From the NCBI GenBank assembly GCA_022813865.1, contig JALDZX010000106.1:1-37163 (forward strand): DNA of 37,163 bases, read 5' to 3'. The notes beneath the pieces were generated by a model. That model saw only the letters and a list, made by a program, of their open reading frames with translations. It did not search any database and was not told the DNA's origin. The translations under genes were made by a program, and so were the position numbers. Shown here in pieces: positions 36,652-37,163 of this stretch (positions are counted from its first letter, which is position 1; every line of letters starts with the position of its first letter). Source of the stretch: Xylographa opegraphella (lineage: Eukaryota).

Positions 36652-37103
36652 TTATTGTCGTTTTTTTATTATTTAAATTTTTATTTACTTATTTAATTAA
36701 ATAATTTAAAATGCGTTTCGTTTTTATAGTATATAATAATTATTCGAACTTTACGTTTTCGAAGGCGCCTTTTTGGTTGGAATAAGATATTATAACTATT
36801 TTACGTATATTATATTTTTAAATAATATATATTTGTTTTATTAGTAGCTACAGTATCGTATTTGTAAATTTATAGCGTTTCGCGCCTATTTAAGCCTCGA
36901 GGAATAATATATTCGCTTTTATTATATCATTAATTTTATTGATTTTTATTATTTCGAATATTTTGTTTATTATATTTAATAACGCAATAAATTTATATAT
37001 CTTTATATTTTATAACTTATAACTTATTTTTATTAATTTACGTAGTACTATCGTTTTAATTCTTTTATTTTTCGTCGAATATATTTTATATATAATATAT
37101 ACG

Positions 37104-37163
37104 TGTTACGATCCTGCCTCTCACTAGTATAGTTCGATTAGGGATCTGGGTTGGATTCGTCAA
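37104..37163. mobile_element. Start of another, less mutated LTR family C copy, truncated by the window edge
   Basis: TGTTACGATCCTGCC...AGGGATCTGGGTTGGATTCGTCAA matches about 17395-17455 allowing for C>T/G>A changes. Confidence 0.85.

Larger units (their letters stand above)
11100..37163. other. AT-rich, RIP-like degenerated transposon compartment
   Basis: Abrupt GC drop, TE protein motifs recognisable only after reversing C>T/G>A changes, no intact TE ORFs. Confidence 0.9.

Overview
Eukaryotic (fungal, Pezizomycotina-type) genomic window with two compartments. 1-11 kb is gene-dense with balanced GC: a WRN-type 3'-5' exonuclease whose reading frame continues through two in-frame stops, a 3-exon CCCH zinc-finger gene, mevalonate kinase (ERG12) head-to-head with CAAX protease STE24, a possible RNA Pol I A14-like gene, and mitochondrial ribosomal protein bL34m. 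From about 11.1 kb to the end is a very AT-rich transposon graveyard with RIP-like mutation, where surviving cytosines are mostly in CpG. It contains a small GC island with an intact 6-exon LSM5 gene that the ORF track misses. It also holds a full-length Ty1/Copia relic (16742-28852, TSD ATTTC) carrying a nested full-length chromodomain Ty3/Gypsy (17395-23868), partial second copies of both, four solo-LTR families with TSDs, a non-autonomous TIR element, and tandem repeats that arose inside TE sequence. All calls were made by eye, with no database searches.
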